Assembly (NCBI GenBank): GCA_043228905.1
Contig: JBHGNT010000017.1
Location: 10,726,001 to 10,790,000 of the forward strand
Length of the DNA stretch: 64,000 nucleotides
Direction: 5' to 3'
From: Azolla caroliniana
Lineage: Eukaryota; Plantae; Polypodiophyta
The notes under the pieces: model-generated
Databases searched by the model: none
What the model saw: the letters and a program-made list of their open reading frames with translations, nothing else
What the model was told of the DNA's origin: nothing
In this document: in pieces, positions 26,201 through 37,205 of the stretch
Numbering within the stretch: position 1 is the stretch's first letter
Layout of the letters: each line of letters opens with the position of its first letter
Made by a program: the position numbers and the translations under genes

Positions 26201-27527
26201 GCTGAGTATGCTCTTCAAATTCGGGATGGCTGACTGTAAGTCCATCTCGACTCCTCTGGATAGAACCATCAAGCTTCGCCCCAATTCCGGAAAGGTATGC
26301 GACCCAACGAGGTTCTGAAAAATTGTCGAAAGCCTTATCTACTTGACAATCACCCGACCCTATCTCAGTTATCCGATCGGGGTGATCAGTTAGTTCATGG
26401 CGCGGCCTACTGAGGAGCACCTTCAGTGTGCGCAACGCATACTACGGTACGTAAGCGGCACTAAGGACCAAGGACTACTATATCGGACCGGTACAACCTC
26501 GCAGTTGCTCGGCTACACCAATTTTGATTGGGTTGGCAACGCCGCCGATCGCCGAACCACGTCCGGATACGCGTTCTCTCTTGGGAGTGCCGCGATCGCG
26601 TGGAGTAGCAAGAAGCAGCCGACAATTGCACTGTCAAGCACCGAAGCTGAGTACCGAGGAGCGGCTGTCGCGACATGCGAAGCCATATGGTTGAAGCGGC
26701 TACTTAAGGACCTGCAACAGGAGGTGTCCAATCCGACGACGATCTACTGCGACAACCTCAGTAGCATCCAGCTCGCGAAGAACCCAGTTTTCTATGCACG
26801 GACCAAGCACATTGAGGTGCACTACCATTTTGTCCGTGAGTGTGTCCTTTCTAGTGAAGTCAAACTTCAGTATGTTCCGACAGATCGGCAAACCGCCAAC
26901 ATCTTCACCAAGCCTCTTGGTCTGGACAAGTTGCGGCAATTCTCGGATGCGCTTGGGTTGCATCACCTCGACGTGCCGAACTTGAGGGGGAGATATGTCC
27001 CGAATGACCACGGAAGGGGGAGAGAAGACCGTGACGCCGAGTCGGATGACGATTTCGATTTCGGATCGGCTGAAGAAGCTGAAAAAGCCGAGGGCGAATC
27101 TGCGGAAGAGTCCAAAAGCGAAAATAAGGGGAGCAGCCGAAAGAAAGATCCAAAGCCAACCAAGCATGGGGGAGATGCTGCCGTCAGGGGCGAGAAGACC
27201 GAAGACGAGTTGGAGACAGCCAACTCGGACGAGAGTGAAAACCGATCGGAGGTAGCCAAGTCGGTTCAGATGTTTGATTCAGATACACTGAATCAACCGA
27301 CGGCCAAGCAGAAAAGAAGTCAATAGGAGAAGCGCCAACACCGCGATAGCAAGGGAGCTATGAAGGGCTGTGGGAGCAGACAAGCCAACCGGAAGGGTCG
27401 AAGCGCGTGGAGTCAAACAAGCCGAGGAGTGCAAGCGAGGCGTGGAGCCAGGAGGAACCAGAGCGGTGATCCGAAAGATCCCGAAGAGCCTCAAGTTGAG
27501 CTTGAGGGGGAGTGTTGAGAGACAAGC

Positions 27528-29454
27528 TGTCACGGACACAACAAGCGCGGACTAAGACGGAGCAAGGATGATGAGGCTACAACGGAGCGATGACGGAATG
27601 ACGCAAGAGCATAAAGATAGAGATGAAGATTAAGGAGACAATATTGGGCGAAACGAGAATACTAGATTGATATGTCCATGACTGGTGTTGTTCACCTTGA
27701 ATTCCTTCAAGGTGAACTCAACTATTTATACTAAGTGGCATGCATACTTGTTGCACGCATGTGATACAATAGAGCATGTAGGCAATAGGTACGCATGCAT
27801 GTGCCAAGTGTAAATAATACAAGGAAGAAATTATGCACATGATGCTAGCTAAAACCTACAATGAGGAAGTATACACATGATTATATGTTAGATGTGTGGT
27901 TAACACATAACACTCGATTATAAGATGGTCATGTCAAGAGTTCGAATCTTGACATTATCCCCCCTCCAACGATGCCTTCCCAAATTGTTTATCGGCTTAA
28001 GGGGATATTGTTGATGAAAATCTTAGATCACCTCCAAAGTATTTTGTAAATCCTAGACAAGGAGTAACCCTTCCACAAGACGAGGTATTTAACACCAACG
28101 GGCATGAGCGACCATGTGTGGTCCTTGCCTAGGACTGGAAGACAAATATCAACGGGTGTTAGCGACTATGTGCAGTCCTCACGGGGAGAATGAACACCAA
28201 GGGGCATGAGTAATCACATGGGGTCCTTACCGGGAACTAGAACGGTCCTCACTGAGAGTTGGAACACAAACACCAACAGGCGTGAGCAACCATGTTGTCC
28301 TCACCGAGAAATGGAACACGAATGAGTGAGCGACCATGTGGCCCTCAGCAGGAACACGAACACGAACGGGAGTAATCGACCATGTGTGGTCCTCACCGGG
28401 AACTGGAACACGAACAACAACGGGCATGAGCGACCATGTCGGTCCTCACCAGGATCTGGAACACGAACAATAGTTGGAGTGAGCGACCATGTGCGGTTCT
28501 CACCGGAGACTGGAACACGAACGGGAGTGAGCGACCATGCGGCCCTCACTGGAACAGGAACACGAACGGGCGTGAGCGACCATACGGCCCTCACCAGGAA
28601 CTCGAACACCAACAGGCGTGAACGACCATGCGGCCCTCACTGGGAACTAGAACATGAACACCAACGGGAGTGAGCGGCCTTGTGCAAACCTCACCGGGAA
28701 CTGGAACACGAACACCAACGGGAGTGAGTGGCTTTGTGCGGCCCTCACCGGGAACTGGAACACGAACACCAACGGTAGTGAGCGGCCTTGTGCGGCCCTC
28801 ATTGGGAACTAGAACACGAATACGAACACGAAAGAAACTAAAAAATAGAGACAAAGATGAGGAGAATCTAAAAGCCAATGAAAATGATGAGAAGAAACTA
28901 GGAGATAGAAATGGCGAGGAAGATAGGAAATGAAGCGATGTTGATGATGGTACGGTGACGATGGTAACTCTAGAAGCAAGGGTGATGACGAAGACGGGTG
29001 ATGCTTCTAGTTGGAAGGTGAACAAACTGTCACGGACACACCAAGCGCGGACTAAGACGGAGCAAGGATGATGAGGCTACAACGGAGCGATGACGGAATG
29101 ACACAAGAGCATAAAGATAGAGATGAAGATTAAGGAGACAATATTGGGCAAAATGAGAATACTAGATTGATATGTCCATGACTGGCGTTGTTCACCTTGA
29201 ATTCCTTCAAGGTGAACTCAACTATTTATACTAAGTGGCATGCATACTTGTTGCACGCATGTGATACAATAGAGCATGTAGGCAATAGGTATGCATGCAT
29301 GTGCCAAGTGTAAATAATACAAGGAAGAAATTATGCACATGATGCTAGCTAAAACCTACAATGAGGAAGTATACACATGATTATATGTTAGATGTGTGGT
29401 TAACACATAACACTCGATTATAAGATGGTCATGTCAAGAGTTCGAATCTTGACA
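27528..29454 (-). mobile_element. Non-autonomous (TRIM-like) chromoviral LTR element, 1927 bp, with a self-complementary PBS
   Basis: 427-bp LTRs at 27528-27954 and 29028-29454 (about 6 differences); TSD CAAGC; PPT reverse complement TTATCCCCCCTCC after 27954; chromodomain remnant YLVLWKGY/DFHQQYP at ~27975-28095; no RT or integrase. Confidence 0.93.
28095..28830. repeat. Minisatellite of ~54-62-bp units (about 12-13 copies) inside the non-autonomous element
   Basis: Consensus approximately AACACCAACGGGAGTGAGCGACCATGTGCGGTCCTCACCGGGAACTGGAACACG; copies are more degenerate toward 28095. Confidence 0.9.
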
Positions 29455-29863
29455 CAAGCTCAACATCGGCCGGATCAGCTGAGCAAGCCAAGGACCGGAT
29501 CGGTTAGGCCGGATCGGTTGGAAACCGGTACGCAGACTGGTGCATAGGAAGGCCGGATCGGTGCAAAAACCGGGAGGCCATCGGAAAGATATTCCGCAAG
29601 GAATATATTTGGGAGTTAGTGTAGGGGCTCCTCAATGAGCAATTAAGTATTGTCAGTACTTCTGTTAGTCCGAAAAGGACTTGTATAAAAGTGTTCATTG
29701 TACACACATGATGTACAGATCGAGTATTATTTTTGAATTAAGTTCTGGTGTTTACTCTCTCTCTCTCCCGTGCGTACTATGCAAACCTAAGCTTTCCATT
29801 GAACCTGTATTTTCTCTGTGTTCGTTTCTTCTATTGCTTCCGCACATAATCTTTAACATAAAG

Positions 29864-31415
29864 GTTCCATGAACACTGTCGCTGATGCACTAAGTCGCAT
29901 CCGTGAAGTTAACATGCTTAGCTTCACTAAAATATCATCAAATCTTTATGATCACTTTCAAGGAAAGTATCCTGATGACAGTTATTTTGCAAAATACTGG
30001 GCAAGAGTTGAGTCTGGAATAGACACCACCACATCCTCGAAGGAATACTTCCACATTGCTAACGGTCTGCTCTACCGTAATGGGAAGGTTTGTGTTCCAG
30101 ATTTACCCAAGGTCAAAAAGAGGATTCTTTTTTAATGTCATGATGCACCCTCAGCAAGGCACCCTGGAATACATTGTACACTCGTTCTCATCTCCACTCA
30201 ATTTTATTTTCCTAAGATGCGTCCTGACATACATAGCTATGTGACTAAATCTCCCTAATGTCAAGTTAACAAAGCCGAGCGACTTAAAGCCGCAGGACTT
30301 TTACATCCCTTAGACATTCCCAATAATAAGTAGGAAAGAATATCCATGGATTTTATTGTTAGCCTTCTTCGCACCCAAAAAGGTCATGATGCCATCTGGG
30401 TTGTGGTTGATAGACTAACTAAAATGGCCAAATTTATTGCTACTAAAACCACGGTAACAGCTCCTGAATTGGCTTACAAATTCGGGGACGAGTTATTTCG
30501 TTTTTATGGGTTACCGATGGATATCGTGAGTGATCGAGATCCAAAATTTACTAGTGACTTCTGGACACAAGTCTTTAAGAAGTTAGAAACTACGTTGAGC
30601 ATGAGCTCCACGGATCATCCTCAATCCGATGGAAAGACAGAACGAGTAAATCAAATTATTGACGACATGCTTCGAGCATATGTTGGGACCAAAACCAACA
30701 AAATGGGAACGTTATCTCCCAATTTTGAAGTTTGCTTATAACAGCTCCAAGCATACGTCAATGGGATATAGTCCTTTTATGTTGATGTATGGTTTTCAGC
30801 CACGAGCCCCGATTGATGTTAATATACATCATGATGAGTTGCAAAGTACGCAAAACTTTCTTCGGGATATGCAAGATATGTTGCATATTGCACGAGATAA
30901 TATAAAAACAGCTCAAGGTAGAGCGCATTTATTATGTCGATCATCATAGGCAACCTCGTGTATTCAACCCTAGACAAAAGGTACTTTTACGTGTACCTCA
31001 CAATTCTAAGACATTGTCTAAGGGTAAGTGTGCTAATTTAGCCCCACGGTTTTGTGGACCTTTTACAGTCCTCAAACGCATTGGGTCATCAGCCTATCGT
31101 CTTGCTCTTCCCGATTGGGTTGAAATTCATCTAGTTTTTCATGTGAGTCGTCAAAAAGAACTTCTAGGTTCTTGCGACAATACAGTTACAACTGAAACTC
31201 TGGTTACTTCTGAAGAATTATCTTCTAAACCACATGTACCAAAAAGAATTCTTGATGTTAAAACAAAAAAATTACGTACTAAAGAAATCCGAGAATTTAA
31301 AATAAAATGGATGGATAAATCAATAAAAGATGCCACATGGGAACGCGAAAATACTCTCAAAACTAACTTCCCTAACTTTCCATTGCAAGAGTGCAATGTT
31401 TTAAAGAGGGGAGTA
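29864..31415 (+). pseudogene. Gypsy D integrase plus chromodomain (disrupted)
   Basis: NTVADALSR, MDFIVSL, IVSDRDPKFTSDFW, HPQSDGKTERVNQ, GPF motif, and the chromodomain-like ILDVKTKKLR...KIKWMDKSIKDATWE. Confidence 0.9.
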
Positions 31416-31984
31416 TGTTACGGGCATGACCATATAATATCCCGTGGTTAGAATTTACAGTACTATTCATGGTTGTAACATACGTAGCATACCGTACGCG
31501 TACAATACGTATGCTACGTATTTTATAAGTATTCTAAAAATAATTTATAAGTTCTTAGAATACGTATTTAAAGGTAAAATACGTTGAATACATTGAGTTC
31601 GTTGAGTTCGTTGAGTACATTTTGAATACGTTGAGTACGTTTTGAATACGTTAAAAACATCAAATACTTAAAAACCAATTTGCAAAGGTACTTGTAATTT
31701 GAATACTATATACTTGTAATTTGGATAAACGGTTATCTATGTTTCAATACATTAATACATTATACACGTGATTTACATATTTTTAAATGAAAGTGGACAC
31801 TAGAGATTTGAGATTCGAGAACACAATTGAAGTTTGAACTTTGAACCAAAACACATATCAAAATTGAACCAAAATTGAACTTTGAAGTTTAAACTTTGAA
31901 GTTTGAACTTTGAACTTTGAATCAAAATTAGAATAGATATGTAAAAGTTAAAACCAACAATACATATCTCCATGCAATTTTCGA

Positions 31985-34861
31985 TTATATTTCTTCTTCT
32001 AAATCATCATTAGAAGATTCCGTTGTTGTATCATCATAGTTGTCCACATAATCACTATCAGAAGATGAATCAACTATGGCATTGTCAATGTCTTCATCCT
32101 CTTTATCTCCATCATCATTACCAAATTCAGCATTGCAAGCCTCGGTTGTAGTTTGTCGAGTAATTATCCTTCTTGTACTTGCAACTCTTGCACAAGCATG
32201 ACTACGAACATATCCACGACCCTTTCTAATAGTGTTAGAACTTGATTCCACCAATCCTTCATCCACTATCATATCGGTAAACTTAGATCTACTTCGAGTA
32301 ACCCGACCAATATGCATAGCCTCAGCTTCCTCAAAATATGCTTGTGCGAATTGAGTATCAATATTGGTTGTTGATGGAGGCATTTCAGGAGTCTTGTCAA
32401 TGTCTATCTCATCTGGATTTACCTAAATCAAATAATATTTTGGTATCATAAGAATGATTTACAATATTTAAACCACAACCAATTAACAAGGCTTGTTAAT
32501 TAACCTACAAAATTCAAATGGTTTTCTAAACATCAAATATCAAACATGAATAAGAAAGATGTAGACCTGCATTGGAAGACATGCATGAGTTTGAAAGCTT
32601 CGAACAAGCCTTAAGTTTTCTCTAACATATACTAATCTCTCCACTTGTTTCACCTTCAAAGGGTTCCTCCTTTTTGTATGTGCTAATGCATGTGCATTCC
32701 AATTTCTTTCAGCAGCTCCAGAAGAGCAATCCTATGACACAAAGTTTTAAGAAAACAATATATTATGTCATTGTACTATATAGAAGATTAATAAAATTGA
32801 AACATTAATAAAAAAATGAAATATAATACCTGAGACAATACTCTACAAGCTAATGATTGTAGTAAGGGCACATTGTCCCCATATCTTTCCCACCATGAGA
32901 CAGGTTTACATTTTGCAATGTGTGATTTTGATAGTTCATTGCTAAATCGGCCCACACCATTCCTATACATGTCAAATTGATCTTGCAAGATTTCGCATTC
33001 ATCTATAGAATATACCTTTTGAATATATGCAAGCCATCCATCTGTCATCTCTTCATTCATAACTATTGGTTGATCTTTGGGCTTTCATAAAGGATGCAAA
33101 ATATGTGCAACAATATGAATTGGTTTTTTGAACCACGACCAACGACAATCAAAACATTCCAAAACCTCTTTATATCTGCACTAACATTTGAATTTGAATC
33201 AAAACTCGTAAACAGTTACCAAAATATGCATAACGTAGTTGATATCAATGATTTAAAGAAATGAAAAAGATGCAATAAACAACAAATGTACATACTACAT
33301 AGTACATAGAAACATATTACCTGTCCTTGTTTAATGTATTCTCTCTCGCGCCTTGTTGCAATTTGTCTCTAGCCCTCCTCTTGAACTCATAAAGTAAGCC
33401 CATTGTAGATCCTTCACGATCAGTTAGCCGCAAAACAAAAAACAGTGGACGCATAATCGAAATTACAATCCTAATTGATGGCAAAGTAGAGTTATCTTGC
33501 ACAATGGACTTCACCTTGACCGCATCTGGCTTTTTGGAGTCATTCCAATCCTCCCAATAGTTACTAACCACCGTTTGTTCAAGGGCTCTCCAAACTCATG
33601 CCAGCCTCTCAAGGACAATAAGAATGTAGCCAAATCGAGTGGCACTTGGCCTAAGGAGCACAAGAGATGAATAGTTGCTGAAAATTTTTCGTGCATTCCT
33701 TTTCTTGGAGAATAGTCTAACCACACAATTTGCTCTCTTGTGCACTTGACGAACCCAACTCAACTTCCCAATATCCTCTAGCAATAAATCTAAACAATGT
33801 GATGCACAAGGAGTCCATACAAGGCTTGGGAATTCAGTCTCTAGAATGTGACCCATGCTAACACAATTAGATGCATTATCTGTGACAATTTGCACCACAT
33901 TTTCTACTTTTACTTCCTTTATCGCAGTTGATAGCATTTCAGCCAACCATGGACCATCAACCCTTGTAGAAACACCACTACAATCAATAGTTTTAAGGTA
34001 CATTATGCCATAACAACATGAGACCAAAATATTCACAAGTGCTCGCTTGCTAGTGTCAATCCATCCATCTGAAAGTATGGTAACTCCATATTTTGGCCAA
34101 AGGGCTTTCACATTTTCCACTTTGTGTTGCACATTCAAATGCTCTTTCTTTAAATATTTAACTCTTAAATCATTGTAGCTAATACCACTATACTTTTCCC
34201 CAATATCAGAGAAAGCTAACAACATGTTCCTCCAACATGACATTTTCAAAAGATTAAAAGATAGATTACCTTCCACAATGCATCTAACCAACATTGTGTT
34301 TGGATGGTCTTTCTTGATCAACATAGCGGCACTTGATCCTCTCCTTATTGTGCTTTGAGTGAGACTTTTTCTTCTTGAACCTTCTGTATCTTCAATATCA
34401 ATAGGAATTTGGTCTATTGAATCCTTCTTAGATGAGGCACATATGCTATCCATTGAAGGTTGTGATTGGAACATTGAATCAACCATTGAATCCACCATGC
34501 CTTCTTGCTCAATTTGTTTTTCCATGGCTTCTACTTCTTTAATGCGTTTTAGCTTCTTGCGAGTCAATTCACTTTCTTTTGCTACTGCTATAGCATCTTG
34601 ATATGCCTCTAGAGTTACTTGCTCACACTTGTCTATACCTTCACCTTTAATTCCAGCAAGGTGAGCAACTAAACGTGTTAGTGTCCCAGACCCATGAAAA
34701 CCACATAATTTGCAATCCCAATAATAGTTCCCAGATGACTTCCCATCTTGTTTGTTCAAACAATATTTATCCCATAAGGGAGATTCCTTGCGTGTCATGG
34801 TTGATTGAGGACGACAAGTTCTAGAGACTCGAAGTTGTCTTTTATATTGTCCTAAATTCAT
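31985..34861 (-). pseudogene. Spliced hAT transposase (BED finger, DUF659-type core, hAT dimerization region) with two in-frame stops
   Basis: Motifs WDCKLC...RLVAHL, TILSDGWID, VQIVTDNASN, WTPCASHCLDLLLED, ATRF, PVSWWERYG and SSGAAERNW. Approximate exons 34861-33321, 33175-32830, 32730-32568, 32422-31985. TGA stops at 33596 and ~33087. Confidence 0.85.
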
Positions 34862-35505
34862 GAATCCACAATGTTAAATGTGTGAATAAGGAAATAATGT
34901 GATGTAATAATGCAAGAAGAAATTGTTTAAAATTTAAATGATAGGCATAAGCAAATGGCAAATTCGAATGGAAGATACTTGCCTAAGAAAATGGCATTCC
35001 ATCCCCATCAAGAGGAAAAAATTATTATTCATTATAAATGAATTATAAAAGAGCACATAATCACGGAACATTTACCTGTGATGTCGGTATGCTCTTGTAT
35101 GAAGACACTATTCTTTGATAATTCACCACAAGCTATCAATGTCTCTATCTGCCACCAACATTGTTGTATTAAAGAAGGGATAGACACACATAAAACCAAA
35201 GCATACATGTAACATGTTGTATTATACTATAGTCTATTATAAATTCCAAAATACTTGTTCCAAAATCTCAAGAGTGATAGTGAAAATTTAGTGAGATATC
35301 ATGACTAGGAAATAGATGTAAAGAGTGTCACAATTGTATGCATCATGAATCATACATGTATACAATACAATACAAACACGCACACACACATGTACATACA
35401 CACATACATACAATACAATACATATACATATGTGTGTGTGTGTGTGTATTGTATTGTAAATGCTCACTTCTTCTCTTCCTTTCTTTCTTGCGTGGCCAAA
35501 GGAAG

Positions 35506-36195
35506 GCACAAGATAAAGAATGAGATAATTGCCGCTTGTTGTCGAGAGCTGAGCTTTAGCTCTTCCCCATCCCTCCGCTCTATGCCTCTCCATCTCACAT
35601 TGAACACATTCTCCAATGATGAGGTTTTTCTCAAGACTCATCTCCCTCTTCTTTCTTCTCCAAATCAGGAGGCCTTTTAATGGCTGGTTATGATTGAATT
35701 AACCAGCCATTAAAAGGCCTAGATTAAGCTCAATTTGATGTCTATTCCATGTCAATGTGAATGTCATCAAGGATTGAAAATGTATCTATTGTATATAGTC
35801 AATTTATGATTAAAATTTCTTTGAAATTTTATGAAATTCCAGTCAAATTAGCACAAGATAAAGAATGAGATAATGGCCGCCCGTTGTCGAGAGCTGAGCT
35901 TTAGCTCTTCCCCGGACCCCATCCCTCTACTCTACCCCTCTCCATCTCACACAAAAGACATTCTCCAATGATGAGGCATTCCTCATCTCCCTCTTCTTTC
36001 TTCTCCAAATCGGGAGGCCTTTTAATGGTTGGTTATTCAATCATAACTAGCCATTAAAAGGGCTAGATTAAGCTCAATTTGATGTTTATTCCATGTCAAT
36101 ATGAATAGTCATCAAAGATTAAAAATGTATCTACTGTATATAGTTTATTTATAATCGAAATTGCTTTCAAATTTTATGAAATTTTGGTCAAATTA
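35506..36195. repeat. Diverged ~345-bp tandem duplication inside the hAT, upstream of the transposase
   Basis: GCACAAGATAAAGAATGAGATAAT...GTCAAATTAG occurs at 35506 and 35851. Confidence 0.85.
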
Positions 36196-37038
36196 GGCCA
36201 AAAATAAAACTCTGTTTTATGCTCTCTATGTGTGCACTGTGTAAGATTAATTAACACTAAAATTGAAAGCTAGAGTTTACTGTATTTTGTATAATAATAT
36301 AATATAATCAAGATTCAAGAAGCAATATTAGTTCATATACCATAATACCTGCGTAAAAACCTAGGTTGTTGGAAGCTTCAGAGTTTGGATTTCCTGTAGA
36401 TAGCTTCCATATCCTACTGAAAAACCTAGTGTCTGCAAAACGTAGGAAATTGTTACAAAAACCCCCAATTATTTTCTTTTTCTCTAGTAAAAAATACCCT
36501 AGAAAAATAATTTTTAAATTATTTACAAATTTAGCCTTAGAAAAAATGACAAGTCCAAAAGGTTGAATACGTTTAGAATACGTGTGGGTATTCTAAAACA
36601 TACTCTATCTATAAAATACGCGTTTTTTAACAACAATGGTACTATTCTATACACGTGGATAAGTGTGAGGGTTAAACAAGAGTGTAAAGAAGGGGAGGAT
36701 TACTTTTAATCCTCGGGATTGAGACAACCCATTAGGCCAAGTGTGAACTTGCCTGGGGGGCTTGGGTATCACTATAAATAAGAGGCCTAGCTACCCTCAT
36801 TTGATCATCTGGTTGACTACGTCGAGACTCTGGGTCAACTCTTGTAGCAAGTGCGCCAGCACCAAGTACAACCCGATGCCACAGTGGTGGTATGGGACGC
36901 CGATCGAGGCTCGAGTCCGTCTCGATCCCTTCGCTCGGGGGTGGTCGGGTGGATCGCACCCTTCTTTCTCTCTCTCCTTTCTATCTAGATCTATATTCTA
37001 TCCTTATCTAATGCTTACATTAGTTCATGTCTCTAACA

Positions 37039-37205
37039 TGTAGTTCCATGCATAGAACCATTTTCATGCAGAAGCTTGTAAAAACTCCTAGAACTTGGAA
37101 TAGATAATCTACTAAGATATGCATAACATGACTATGTATTTGGATCTGTTGGTTAGAACAAAACACTTGACTATATACACGAGGTGAAGAGTTCACATCT
37201 TGACA
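37039..37205 (-). mobile_element. Chromoviral-type solo LTR, part 2
   Basis: Ends GAGTTCACATCTTGACA, compared with GAGTTCGAATCTTGACA at 27954 and 29454. Confidence 0.65.

Larger units (their letters stand above)
19772..29858 (+). mobile_element. Decayed Ty1/copia (copia C) with duplicated 5' LTR (19772-20198, 22219-22645) and split 3' LTR (27513-27527 + 29460-29858)
   Basis: TSD TAAAG at 19767-19771 and 29859-29863; Met-PBS TGGTATCAGAGC after both 5' LTR copies; gag, PR, IN, RT and RH fragments across 22740-27326; PPT GAGGGGGAG ~27504-27512. Confidence 0.95.
31468..36638 (-). mobile_element. hAT DNA transposon inserted in the gypsy D 3' LTR
   Basis: 8-bp TSD GTACTATT (31460-31467, 36639-36646); imperfect TIRs CATGGTTGTAA / CATTGTTGTTA; AATACG-type subterminal repeats at both ends; transposase inside. 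Confidence 0.93.
9629..37038 (+). mobile_element. Ty3/gypsy chromovirus (gypsy D), decayed, with nested insertions
   Basis: 5' LTR 9629-10083; PBS TGGTATTAGAGC 10086-10097; PPT AAAGAGGGGAGTA 31403-31415; 3' LTR 31416-31467 + 36647-37038; TSD TGTAG at 9624-9628 and 37039-37043; domain order gag-PR-RT-RH-IN-chromodomain. Confidence 0.95.

Noticed and set aside
28095-28830. CRISPR-like array
   Set aside because: Whole units repeat with no unique spacers, no cas genes are present, and the context is a eukaryotic LTR element.
9327-37205. TSD for the split solo LTR
   Set aside because: The flanks CCGAC and TGACT do not match at my boundaries, so no TSD is claimed.
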